A DNA stretch of 62,987 bases, filler included, from Perkinsus olseni (lineage: Eukaryota), in NCBI GenBank assembly GCA_013115125.1. It is 5 parts of 5 records of this genome, joined end to end, with 100 filler letters (N's around TTAATTAATTAA, not from the genome) between each part and the next. Parts side by side here need not be neighbours in the genome. Positions count along the whole stretch, not along the records: positions 25,331 to 37,845 come from JABANN010000789.1; positions 37,946 to 50,443 come from JABANN010000790.1; 3 more parts are not named here. The stretch is one strand, 5' to 3'. Both the position numbers and the translations under genes were made by a program. Below, piece by piece: positions 26,058 through 38,430 of the stretch (its first letter is position 1; every line of letters begins with the position of its first letter). A model generated the notes under the pieces. The model worked only from the letters and a program-made list of their open reading frames with translations, did not search any database and had not been told where the DNA came from.

Positions 26058-26577
26058 ATGGTAGGTTAGCCACATCATCATCATCGTAGTAGTAGCGGGT
26101 TGTTGATCATCTTCCTTTTCCCAGTCCGAAGTTGAGGAGACTCTGAATCGTATTAAGACCCATAAAGGCGTGTCGGGTATCGTCATCGTCAATCATGAGG
26201 GTGTATGATGTCGATGATGATGATGATGTTGATAACATTACCAATCGTGTCAGGTACCCATACGCTCGACATTGGAACAGAAGTATACTTTGCAGTATTC
26301 TGCACTCATAACCCAGCTAACCCATAAAGTACCCTCTTTTGATTATTATTAGATTCTTATGGTCTTGTTATTATTATCAGGCCAGATCCGTCGTTCGAGA
26401 CTTGGATCCTCAAAACGACTTAACATTCTTGAGGCTTCGATCGAAGAAACATGAGATTATGGTCGCGCCCGATAAGGACTATATTCTCATCGTTATTCAA
26501 GTAATTGTGGTGGGAGTGCAAGTTATCACCATCATCATATTCAGGATCCCCATGCTGACCAGCAGCTCAATGCTTGA
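26058..26577 (+). CDS. DYNLRB: Dynein light chain roadblock/LC7, 5 exons (first coding exon is ATG only)
   Basis: [24 protein letters not shown]...[34 protein letters not shown]. Confidence 0.95.
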
Positions 26578-26734
26578 TGATGATTGTGATGATAATTATA
26601 ATTCATGATCGTTCGATGTTGTGTTTGATAGTCCGTAGTTACCAAAGATGTCAACTGACAAGTTGGCACGTGCCTGGTCAGGAGAGTGTTCCCCCGATAA
26701 TAACTGCATAACTCAACCCCGACACTGCTGGTTA

Positions 26735-28601
26735 TCAAACTTTACATATATCCTCAGGACGTAGTTTCACTTCCTCCTTGTTAACTTCTAATATTACTGT
26801 ACATTCACCAGTGGTAACATCCACATTCTTCAATACCCCAAATTGATCCCTACAAAGTATTGATAGTAATACTGATGATGATGATATTGTTGTTGAACTA
26901 CCTGTATTGTCCAAGTACAACTTGTATTGTTCGACCATTAGCTGGTGTAACTGTTTGTAGATCTTCTTGATCCAACTCCAATACATCACCCGTCTTCAGT
27001 ATTTTAACATGGCATACGTATGGTGATATTACCTTCCTTATCTCACCTTTACTTTTATAATATTTACCCTCACATAACCCTTTATTCAGGACCTGCATCA
27101 TTATCATAACAGCATTTAGACAGACAAAGCATTGTTCAAGTGTCGTGCCTTCATTAGTATTACCTTGACAATAAGACCCTTCGTCAACCATGCATCGGAT
27201 GCTCTTTCATCACCATTATGATGATGATGAGCGGATTCTTTCTTGATACACGAAGTGGTGGCTGGTGTGATCATGTCCGAGTCATCTCTACGCTGTTTCT
27301 TCCTATTAGGCGAAGAACTACCACAATACATCATACGTTAGTAAATTGTATATATTACCTGGGGTACTCATCATCATCAATTGCCACTACCACATCTTCA
27401 TCTTCATCTTCTTCCATTTTCATCCAAAGTTCAGCCTCATCTTTAGCTGCCTTCACCGCGGCTTCCTCCAATACATTCACTTCTGATAGCAAGTACACGA
27501 TAATAATCATCATCATCACCTCCTCCACATCGTTGATATATAGTCGTTGATATTACTTGGTGTTATATTTTGTTGTTTGGTTGATCTGCCGGCATTCCTC
27601 TTGACATCAATTAAATTCATAACCTCCAGTTCAACTTTATCCGTATCATTCTTCCTATCGAGAGTGGTTGCTTTGATCTCCTTAACATCATCTTTCCCAG
27701 CTGATACTGATCATCACAACAACAACAACAAAGCTTCATCACCACCATCATCATCAACACCCTACTATTACTACCTTTCGCCATACGAACTTGTTTAGCT
27801 ATACGCCTTTCCTCCTGTTTCTCTTCGTCAGCTTCTTGCTTCTTATCAGCTTGATATTTCGCTTCTCGCTCCATTCTCTCCCTGATAGATACACACCCCT
27901 TCCTGCTATCATCATCATCATCATCATTATTCAGTACTAGATACACACCCCTACCCTAGGCTACTACCTGTCTATATACTCTAAATACCATCCCCTTTCA
28001 GTTTTCTCTATCTTTGCTTTCCCCGTTCTACCCAAATAGAGTACAAACCCGGTGAGAGTACACCAAGCAGTAGAGTTCATATGAACATGTTGCTTATCTG
28101 AAACATAAGGTAAGCAGCAGCGGCAGCAGTAATGACGATAATAGTAATAACATGCTGATCGGAGGTGTTACCTGATATTAGATCCTGATACACCTGATTA
28201 GCCAGTACCCGTGTTGATCTATACCGTGTTGATAATAGCCTCCTGAAGATGATCATCATGGTCATGGTGGTCATGGTGGTGATATAATCATTACATAAAG
28301 GTTGATTCGAACTCTCGTGAGAAATCATTCATGTATTTACCAGGTCTCTGTATAAATAACTGCATCTGCCTAAGATGCTGCTCTGAGGTTCTGAGATCAC
28401 AACAGCAGCATGACGATGACCACCGCCACCACCACCGTAATAATGATGATGTTGTTGTTACCTGTGGCATTTGAATCCATTCTCATCTCTGCATTGCTTC
28501 TGACACATTTGACAATACCATTTTAGTTTCTGTAGACCCTTGGCCTTCATCTTATTATCCAACCATTTTGGTGTCCATTTCTCGGCCCTCCCTTTACCCA
28601 T
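26735..28601 (-). CDS. KIN17: DNA/RNA-binding protein KIN17, multi-exon
   Basis: KAKGLQKLKWYCQMCQKQCRDENGFKCH zinc finger; VLANQVYQDLI; C-terminal WLTKGLIVKV...YYKSKG...LELDQEDLQTV. Confidence 0.95.
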
Positions 28602-28802
28602 CAGCAAGAAGAAGAAGAAGAAGAAGAGAGGATGATGACAACAACACTAGGATAACGACATTAATAGTGATATGGAACATCATCCATCTCAACGAACACA
28701 ACTGATACTGTATAACAATTTTGTGGCGCGTGACGGAATCGAGGGTTGGTCGGTGGGTCGTCGTGATGTCGTCGTATCAGTGTTGTTGATATCTCCCTAG
28801 TG

Positions 28803-30380
28803 ATGTCATCATCATCATGGTCGTATGGATCACAACAACGTGCTGTTAACAGGAATTGTAGTGTATTTGTTGGTAATATACCCTATGAGGCTTCAGAGGT
28901 ACTAACACAGCAGAAGAGGAGGAGGGCGATTTATGGTAGTATATGGTGGTCGTCGTCGTCAGGAGGAGTTAAGGGAGATATTCAGCAGAGTTGGGCCGGT
29001 GATATCATTCCGTTTAATGAAAGATAAGGAGACAGGCATGCCCAAAGGGTATGGGTTCTGCGAGTAATACTTATGTATTACGTTTGGTGTGGTATTAGTA
29101 ATGATAATAGGTATCGAGATATGGAGACTGCATATAGTGCCATGAGGAACCTATCCAATGCTGATTATGGTGGTAGACCATTACGTGTTGATTGGGCTGA
29201 TCATGAATTAAGGAATTCTGAAGCTGTTACTAAAGTAATGGTACTACTACCCGCAACTACTGCCCTATACTGATAGTAGTAGGTATTAAGAACATCGAAC
29301 GCTGAGGTCTCTGAAAGAACTGAGAAAATAGTAAAGGATAGGCTGCAGGTGATAACAACGACAGTTGTTGTATCAAGCCAAGCCGAGCAGCATAATCATC
29401 ATTCTAGGAGTTTAGAGGTAAAATAACTGATGAGACTATCGAACTGGCTGTTAGTGATATGCAACCATTCAGGGAGATATCAACATTAATTGATGTAATA
29501 ATAATGACAGTCACTGGAGTCTCACCATTATTATTATTATCAGATACTGTCTAGCGAACAAATAGTACATATATTGGCGGAGATGCAGAGATTATCATTA
29601 ACGGATCCAGATACTACTAAAGCGTTACTAGCAACACAACCTCAGTTGAGAGTGGCTATAGCATTCGCATTAGTAATAATGAAAATAATTCTGTATGGTC
29701 ATAATAATACTATTACCATCTAGATACGAATCAACGTGATAACCGACCCTTTTCGTAGAGCTAATACGACAACACGGTCTGCTGGCACTCTGATGGCTGA
29801 TGGGAGTACTACGACGACGACTAATAAAAGACAACGTAAATATTAGTATTGGTAGAAACATATGTCGTACTCAGTGATACCTTAGGATTGTCAGTGGATA
29901 ATAATGGTGGTCATGATAATACTTCACCACAACCACCGTGGGCAAGAATGCATCATCATCAACATGATGAAGATGAAGGTAGTATTGATTGTGATGCTTG
30001 TAGTAACGATGATGTCGATCAGATGGGCCCAAACATGGTGTTAGTAGTGATAATGAGTCCTACGATGTAATATAGTGTTATTATTATTATTTGAATAGCA
30101 TAGCATTAGTGTAGGTTACTCAACTGAGTAGCGAGGAGAAGATGCGCGTCATTGAACAGTTCTCTTCGTTATCAACTGATGAGATATCAGAATTACCACC
30201 GGAGGTTAGGGAGTCAATGGAGACACTCGTAATAATAATAATAGCTAACACCACTCATACTACCACTACTATTATGAATAGGTTCGGGAGTGGGTGGTAT
30301 CACAGCAACAACATCAGCATCATCATCATGGTCATGAATGGCAGCAGGAAGGTGATGCCGAGGGTACCAATGAGCAGTAG
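28803..30380 (+). CDS. CSTF2: Cleavage stimulation factor 64-kDa subunit (CstF-64/Rna15), multi-exon
   Basis: [44 protein letters not shown]; hinge-like LLATQPQL; C-terminal [12 protein letters not shown]. Confidence 0.9.
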
Positions 30381-30526
30381 TACACGTACTAGAAGGAGGA
30401 GGAGAGTAATAATATTGTTGATGATAGTCTGAGTATATTTGCCACTTTCTTACTTATCACATCATTGTAGTGTTATTACTCTGGTTATCATCGTCAGTAG
30501 GTGTTGTTATAGTCTTCACTGTTGTA

Positions 30527-31131
30527 ATGGACACATCAATGGCCACAACAGAGGGACCACCATCCGTGGTCATGGCCCCTCCACCACCACCACCACAATC
30601 TAATGGGATACAACAGCAGCAGCATAATAAGGACTATATAGTACAATACAAGAGGACTAGACGTGGTAAGTATAGTAATACCATAGTCCTAGTAGTATTA
30701 CTATTGTTATGGTATGTAGGTAGAGTAAGAAGGATTGTAAGAGAATCTTATCTAAGGGATGATATATCCTGTGGATTTATAGAATGTGATTATTGTAGAG
30801 AAGATGATACCACAACTCCCCATCATCATGATACTACAATGCAACAACAAGAAGGGGAAGATAATGCAGTTATGTCTGTTGAATATGGTAATACTACCAC
30901 TACTACTAGTACTAGTAGTAACACCAACATCCATATTATTATTATCAACATCAGGTATACCGGTATTATCCCCGCATATTGTTATCATACCAACACCATC
31001 AGTCTGTATTAAACAATTGGACTGGTTATGTGATTCCTGTGATGTTGACGGTTGGCATCTGGGTAATGTAGTTATAACCTATACTGCATTAAATGTAATA
31101 ATTATTCATGCGTACTAAGTATCAACATCGC

Positions 31132-31164
<33 letters not shown>

Positions 31165-34100
31165 TATCCCTGATAGGCATTGAAGCACGCAGGCAGTAGA
31201 GGAGGGTCTGCTGGTGGTAGTAGACAAGGTAGTTATGATAGACTACGTAATAGATGTCGGAATAGTAACATTACCACTCTACAACATACGAAGGAGGAGG
31301 GGACATCCAAGTAATGTTAGTTCGGGTGAAGGTAGTTGTTCATTACTCTTCCTACTACAGATCACCCTCCTCAACATCATTAACCTCCAATTTCTATGTC
31401 TTTGCTAATGAGCATTGTCGTGATACATTCGTACCGATGGAGATGCCAACAACAACAACAGGAGAAGACTCTCTTGATGATAACAATGATGGCAGTGATG
31501 TTAATGATACCAGGGATCTATGTTGTACATTGAAGGTTGCCCAATGGTAGTATCACCATCATCATTAGGATGAGGGGGAGGAGTGGTATACGCGAGCTAG
31601 GTACGATAATCATTTGGGTATACCTAACGCATCATTGGTATTATGTAATGATAATAAATGTAAAGAAAAGGCGCAAAGGATGGGGTATAAGGGGGATATC
31701 GTCACCTGCCAAGAATTGTGTGATAGTAAAGTAATACTCATATCACTAACCCCACTACTACTACTACTACTACCTCTATTATCTTGTATCATACCCTTAT
31801 TGTTATCGCCATCATCATCACAATAGTTACACGAGGTGTATCCTACATGTTCTGAGAAGCTAGCATCATCGACACTAGCTACTACTACCACTACACCTGA
31901 TAATATGGCTGATGATGGTGGATATACAGGTAGTGTAACAACAGCACTAGCATAATCACACAACACTAGTATTACCATTAGGCCATTATCATCGCAGTAT
32001 TATTACTAAAGGTCTACAAGATGGTACGATACATCAGGGTGTGCTCAGAGCTTCAGTTAGTACTTGGCAGAGAGGTAAGGTCATACTCAAAGATGACAAT
32101 AATAATGAAGTACATATGATGATAAGGGGAAGGTAATAATAATACCAACAAAAAGAAGACGAAGGAGGAGGAGGAAATTAATGATGATGATCATTCTTTG
32201 TAGATTCAATATCAATCGTGCAGTGGATGGTGATGTTGTTGCTGTTGAAGAGATAAGTCAGGCAACTGTGAATGGTGATGATGATGATGATGATGACGAA
32301 GACGGCGGCGGCGGTGCCGACGCTGTCCCCACCACGGCTACTGAGGCTATGGAAGAGAGAATCACTGAAGGTGATGGAGGACGGCAGACGAGACAACAAC
32401 AGGAGGAGGAGGAAGGTAGTGTATTATAACGATCCATCGATCATCATACTCATCATCATCATCATTGTTGTTGGTGTTATGGTAGGAGGTATTATCATCG
32501 AGAAGGAGGGCAGGGTAGTTGGAATCATCAAACGTAATTGGAGGGAATATGCTGGTACACTCCGACCACTACAAACAACAACAACTCAACAACAACAACA
32601 ACAACAAGGAGAGGAGAAGGAGGGGTAGTAGGAAGGACAATAGACAATGTGGATCACTCTCCTAATCTTGATCAGTGATACAACTAATACTCAACCCAAT
32701 GCTACTGCTACTGGTGGTGTTGGTGTTGGGTATAGCAAGATAGATAGGATATTTATACCAGCTAACCCTCGTATACCCAATATCAGGATTGCTACCAAAC
32801 ATAGTAATGATTTGGATAACATGAGGATATGTGTTGCTATTGATTCATGGGATAGAACATCAAGATTACCACAGGTAATAACCCGACCCTGTCCTCCTCC
32901 TCCCCCTCCTCTGCTGTTGATGATGTTGATGGTGTTGTTGTTGGTGTTTCAGGGGCATTGGACTCGTATACTTGGTAAATGCGGTGAGAGAGATACTGAA
33001 TCATCGGTTATATTGCATGAACACAATGTTATCACTAGGGAATTTTCTGATGATGTTATGAGATGTTTACCACCTAAGGATTTCCAACCAGATGAGTAAT
33101 GATGATAATACCAACAGTAGTAGTGATGATGATGCTGATGTATTGTTAGAGAGGAGATATCCCGAAGGTTGGATCTAAGAGATGTTACTGTTTGTAGTAT
33201 TGATCCGCCAGGATGTAAAGATATTGATGATGCCCTAAGTTGTGAGGTAATCACAATACTAATATCATCATCATCAATATTACTACATATTCACTGTTAT
33301 TATGCTGCTGCTCTTCTTCTTCTTCTCCTTGTAGGTGTTACCTAATGGTAACTGGCGTATAGGAGTGCATATAGCTGATGTTACACATTTTGTGCATCCT
33401 AATACTGCTATTGACAAAGAGGCCGCTGAGAGATGTACAACAGTGTATTTGGTGGAGAGAAGAACTGATATGTTACCAAGTCTGTTAACGACTGATTTAT
33501 GCAGTCTAGTAGGAGGTAAAGATAGATTATGTTTTTCGGTATTATGGGAGATGGATGCCAATAATAAGAAGGAAGCCTTCAAGATAGTTAACACACAATT
33601 TCATAAAGCCATTATCAATTCTAATGCTGCATTAAGTTATGGTGAAGCTCAAGCACGTATTGATGATAAGAATGATCATACTGATCTTACTCAGAGTAAT
33701 AACAACAACATCATCATCTAGCCCTACTAATAGGGTTAGGATGGTGCTGCTGATGATGATGATGGTTGTTGTTATTGTCAGGTATAAGACGCCTATTGAA
33801 AGCAGCTATGGTTATTAGACGTAAACGTATGTCTGGTGGTGCATTGGAATTAGCAAGTCAGGAAGTACGATTTGAACTGGATTCGGAGACTAGTGATCCA
33901 ACTGATGTCGCTGAATATACTATGAAGGATACTAACAGGCTTGTTGAGGAGTTTATGTTGTTGGCTAATACTTCAGTAGCACAACAAATACTCAAGGTAA
34001 TAATAACAACAACACCACCGACAAGAACAGCAACAGCATATATCGCTATTATGCGACGACAAAGCGATGATTATGATGATTGGTGATGATGATATTGTTC

Positions 34101-34239
34101 AGCATTTCCCGAGTAACAGCGTTCTTAGACGTCATCCACCACCCAAAGAACAACAGTTGAAGGCATTGAAATCCTTACTTGAGAAACAAGGTAGTAACGT
34201 TACTTTATAGTAGTATCATGATTGGCATGGTCATCATTT

Positions 34240-34284
<45 letters not shown>

Positions 34285-35397
34285 CAGGTGTTAAAGGGTT
34301 CAAGTTTGGTAGTAATAAGGAATTATCCAATAGTCTCAACAGTACAGTGTGTACTAGAAAGGATGATCCTTACTTCAATAGATTAGTTAGAATAATGACT
34401 ACTCGGACGATGAACCAAGCACAGTAATAATAAGACGAGGGGATAGATAGTGACTCTCATCATACACATCATCATCATCATCATCATCATCATGTCACTC
34501 AGCATCAATCACTCAGGTATTTCTGTACGGGAGAGGTTGAGAATGGTATGTTTTCCCATTATGGTTTGGCTATGGGGTTGTATACCCATTTTACCAGTCC
34601 TATTAGACGTTATGCTGATATTCTAGTAATATTATCACTAGGCATCATCCTTTGGAACATGGACTACTAGCAGCAACCGACTATGTTAGGTACATCGTCT
34701 ATTAATGGCATCTTTGGGTATCAGACCATTACCACAACAATTGAACGATAAGACAGCTGTTACTGAACAATGTGATAAGATCAACTTCAGACATCGCAAT
34801 GCACAATTTGCAGGACGTGCATCAGCTGAGCTACACACCTTCCTGTAATAATAATCATCATCATCATACTAATGACTATTCACTAACACTTGTATACATC
34901 AGATACTTCAACAAGAAGGGGCCATGCATCGCCGATGCTGTTATTACTCGTGTTAGAGCAGCAGCACCACCACCAACAACAACAGCTAATGTGAAGCAGC
35001 ATAGACAGCATCATAGTGCTGGTAGTTTACAAGTTGTAGTACCAAGATTTGGTATTGATGGTGTATGCAAATTGGAGAATTGTGATGAGAATGGTGAATG
35101 GAAGTGTAATGAGGATAAGATGATAGCAGTTAATGATAAATTGGGGATAACCCTTGCTGCATTCGACCATATTCAAGTTAGAATCATGGCTGATAATACA
35201 GACTTCAGGTAGTAGTACTACTATGATCACGAGGTCATGTTATTATCCCTTATGTTAGATTCAAGACAGTTATGACACTTTTGGAGAAATCCAAAGCAAA
35301 TGAGATCGATACGTACGAGGAGGCGGAGGGCAACAGAAAGAAGGTCGATAAAGAGATGTGTCCAGATAGAATAAGTAGGGATGATAACGTCGCCTAG
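30527..35397 (+). CDS. DIS3: Exosome catalytic subunit DIS3/RRP44, multi-exon
   Basis: CR3 [19 protein letters not shown] region [65 protein letters not shown]. Confidence 0.97.
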
Positions 35398-35606
35398 TGG
35401 TACAAATAATAATACCAATTCTTATACGTCAAATGTTTCATAGCTCTTAGTGTTGTGTGATGAGTGGATAACATGATGCACTAATGAGACCACTATCTAC
35501 CACCTTCGTCTGAATAACACAATGCTGAGGGTAGTGTTAACAGAGTTGAAAGAAGTTTTCCTTATCATGTAGTATCAACATGTACCAACAAAGTGTCTTA
35601 TCAATA

Positions 35607-36473
35607 TTATCGAGAAGGACGTGAATAAACACCCAAGGTTCTTCCGATGTAATCAATGTTACATCCTTCCCTTATCTTATATGTTAAATTATAATCCAAT
35701 ACCATACCAGTTATATTCTCAATAAACTCCTTTACTTCATCAAACCTTAGTAGATGATTCCGTAGTCCTAGTATTATCACATGATTATTATTACGGTAAT
35801 GGATTGACATGGCCAATCCCCATTAATTGGTCACTCCAGCTTATTATCATACCATATCTTGCCATACTATTCCAATTACTCACCTATCATGCAAATGAAT
35901 GAAATCCACTTATATGATGCCTTGCATCACTATTACCAGTGTTTGGGTATATTGTTTCGGTATGTGCTCTGCCACCTCAATACTCATTACCCAATCAAAT
36001 ACTCTTCCTCCCTGCTCAACTGATATAATTGGTGAACTTAGATCCATGTACGATACACGGCCGTGAGTAATCTATCAAAGGTGTGGCAATAGCAGCAAGA
36101 CTGGGAGTATCATTACATTGGTGATATCATTAATACCGTCAAATGCATATGCGTTTACTATACCAGTATTATTAAACCATTGAGAATAATGTCCACCACC
36201 AGCTCCAAGATCTCCAATACTCACTACATCACTATCAGTGTGGTTGTAATGTGGTATTACAATATGCTGCATGATACCCCTCAATAAACCTGTATCTAGA
36301 CCCCATGTGTCGAATGTTGTACGTTTGAGAGCTTCAAGATTATCGAATGCACCTGACCTGAACAACAACATCATTGGTGATTATAATGCGGTATATAATT
36401 ATGGTAGTACCATTACTTTGTATGATAGTAATATTGCACGGCACGATATGATGGATGGGGACGTCCATCATCG

Positions 36474-36537
<64 letters not shown>

Positions 36538-37620
36538 GGGATATAATAAGGGATATCAATGAAGGATCGATACTCGATACATAATCTTCAACATACTTAG
36601 CAATGCGAGCAGATAACATAACTGCAAAGGTTGTATCCTAATAAGGGAGATAGAGAAATGATAATCATCATCGTGATACTTACCTTAGTCCAAGCAGCAA
36701 ATGATGATGGGTCAGTCGGTAGAGGGTTAGTATCACCACTGCTCTTCTTCCCAGTCTTACTATTAACATCATCATCGATATCACCTTCCACTATATCACC
36801 GTATATACCTACTACCAATGTCGTTTGGTAGGTATAATGATGTTTCCTATTATCCTTATTATTACCGAATATGTAGGTAGCCCAAATTAATTGGGTAACA
36901 TCCTTCATTACCAATCTGTATTCAGCTATGTAATGAGCGAATACTCTGAGTAATCACCACATGGTAATAGTGACAAGAAGTTGGTGATGATGATGATAAG
37001 CCTATCGATAATGGATTGTGTTGGTGTTGTTGTTATTACTACCTTCTAATACTCAACGGTATACAATCAGGATTTGATGCAATAACTGCGGCTAATGTTG
37101 TATAATGTGTATTGATGTCATATATCATATTATTGATATGCCTGGATATCCACCAATGATAATTATTAGACGATGGTGGTAGTAGTTGAGCGTCCAATAA
37201 ATAATATAATCCACACCCTGCTGTAAAGTTATTATGCTCTTCAACCTACTCATTATCATCATTAGTAGTCATCATCGTGGTCGTCGTCGAAGTATGATGA
37301 TTATTGTTATTATTATTACCATCGTATTAACAAGGTTGATTGCATTATCTCTGATATACTGAAGAACATTGTAACACGAAGTCTCTTCCATGTACATAAA
37401 ATCCCCTAAACTCAATCTTCTCCTCCTTCTCAGTATATCCATACTATCAGCTATTATGTACCTATCTCAGCAGCAGCTGTTGTTATTATAGGTATATGTA
37501 TTACTCCGCGTTGATTCTCGTCCATATATCATCATTTGCCCCTTTTATACTATCATCAATACCATTACCAGTTATATCGGTAAGAATGATAGTGAGGATA
37601 ATGATACTCTTCTTCAGCAT
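35607..37620 (-). CDS. Signal-peptide/anchor-bearing class I SAM-dependent methyltransferase, multi-exon
   Basis: N-terminus MLKKSIIILTIIL; motif I SIGDLGAGGGHY, AYAFDG, FDWVMSIEVAEHIP. Confidence 0.75.
36473..36537. repeat. (TTG)n microsatellite (another at ~34240-34284)
   Basis: Pure intronic trinucleotide runs. Confidence 0.95.
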
Positions 37621-37845
37621 CCTCGCGGGGAAAGAAGAACTCCGCCTATGACCAATCTAGACAAAAACCACTCATCATCATAACAGCAACGTGTGCGGTG
37701 GTGGTGGTGGACGGTGTGTCGTATTTCGTGGCGCGTGACGATAGTATCTTATGTCGTACGTGCGGGGGACTTGGTGGTAAGGCGCCGGGTTTGCCAAAAA
37801 CCATAAACTGTCGCGCAAGCGACACATCAGCGAGCCTGGGCAGGG

Positions 37846-37945
37846 NNNNNNNNNNNNNNNNNNNNNNNNNNNNNNNNNNNNNNNNNNNNTTAATTAATTA
37901 ANNNNNNNNNNNNNNNNNNNNNNNNNNNNNNNNNNNNNNNNNNNN
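37846..37945. other. Artificial contig-joining spacer
   Basis: N44-TTAATTAATTAA-N44. Confidence 0.98.

Positions 37946-38018
<73 letters not shown>
37946..38018. repeat. (AAT)n microsatellite at contig start
   Basis: Pure AAT run. Confidence 0.97.
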
Positions 38019-38257
38019 GAATCATCACCTTTCTCAGCCCGATAACTATCATCCACCAACCATCGACCTTGCCATGATGCAACCACACCATCCGGCAGAC
38101 CTTGAGAGAAGCCAGAGGGCACCTAAGATACTCCCAGCGTTGACAATATTAACTTCAATATCTAATAATTGCGACCTTAGGCCTTAGGCAGACCGAATCC
38201 TAGCTTGATTATTGTTCATGCCAATACACAGCAGAAACACCAAAACGCTATCTCTGG

Positions 38258-38430
38258 GAAATTTCCCCCTTTACCCCAAAATCTTTCCATAAATTTCCCC
38301 CTTTACCCCAAAATCTTTCCATAAATTTCCCCCTTTTCCCTAAATTTCCCCCTTTTCCAAAAATTTTTCCATAAATTCCCCCCTTTTCCCAAAATTTTCC
38401 CCTTTTCCTCAAAGTTTTCCGTTTTCCCCG
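38258..38430. repeat. Degenerate pyrimidine-rich minisatellite (AAATTTCCCCCTTTACCCCAAAATCTTTCCAT-like)
   Basis: ~31-bp unit with a ~17-bp sub-unit, repeated about 5-6 times. Confidence 0.85.

Noticed and set aside
38258-38430. Telomeric repeat
   Set aside because: Irregular C/T-rich minisatellite without a fixed TTAGGG/TTTAGGG-type unit, and internal to the contig.
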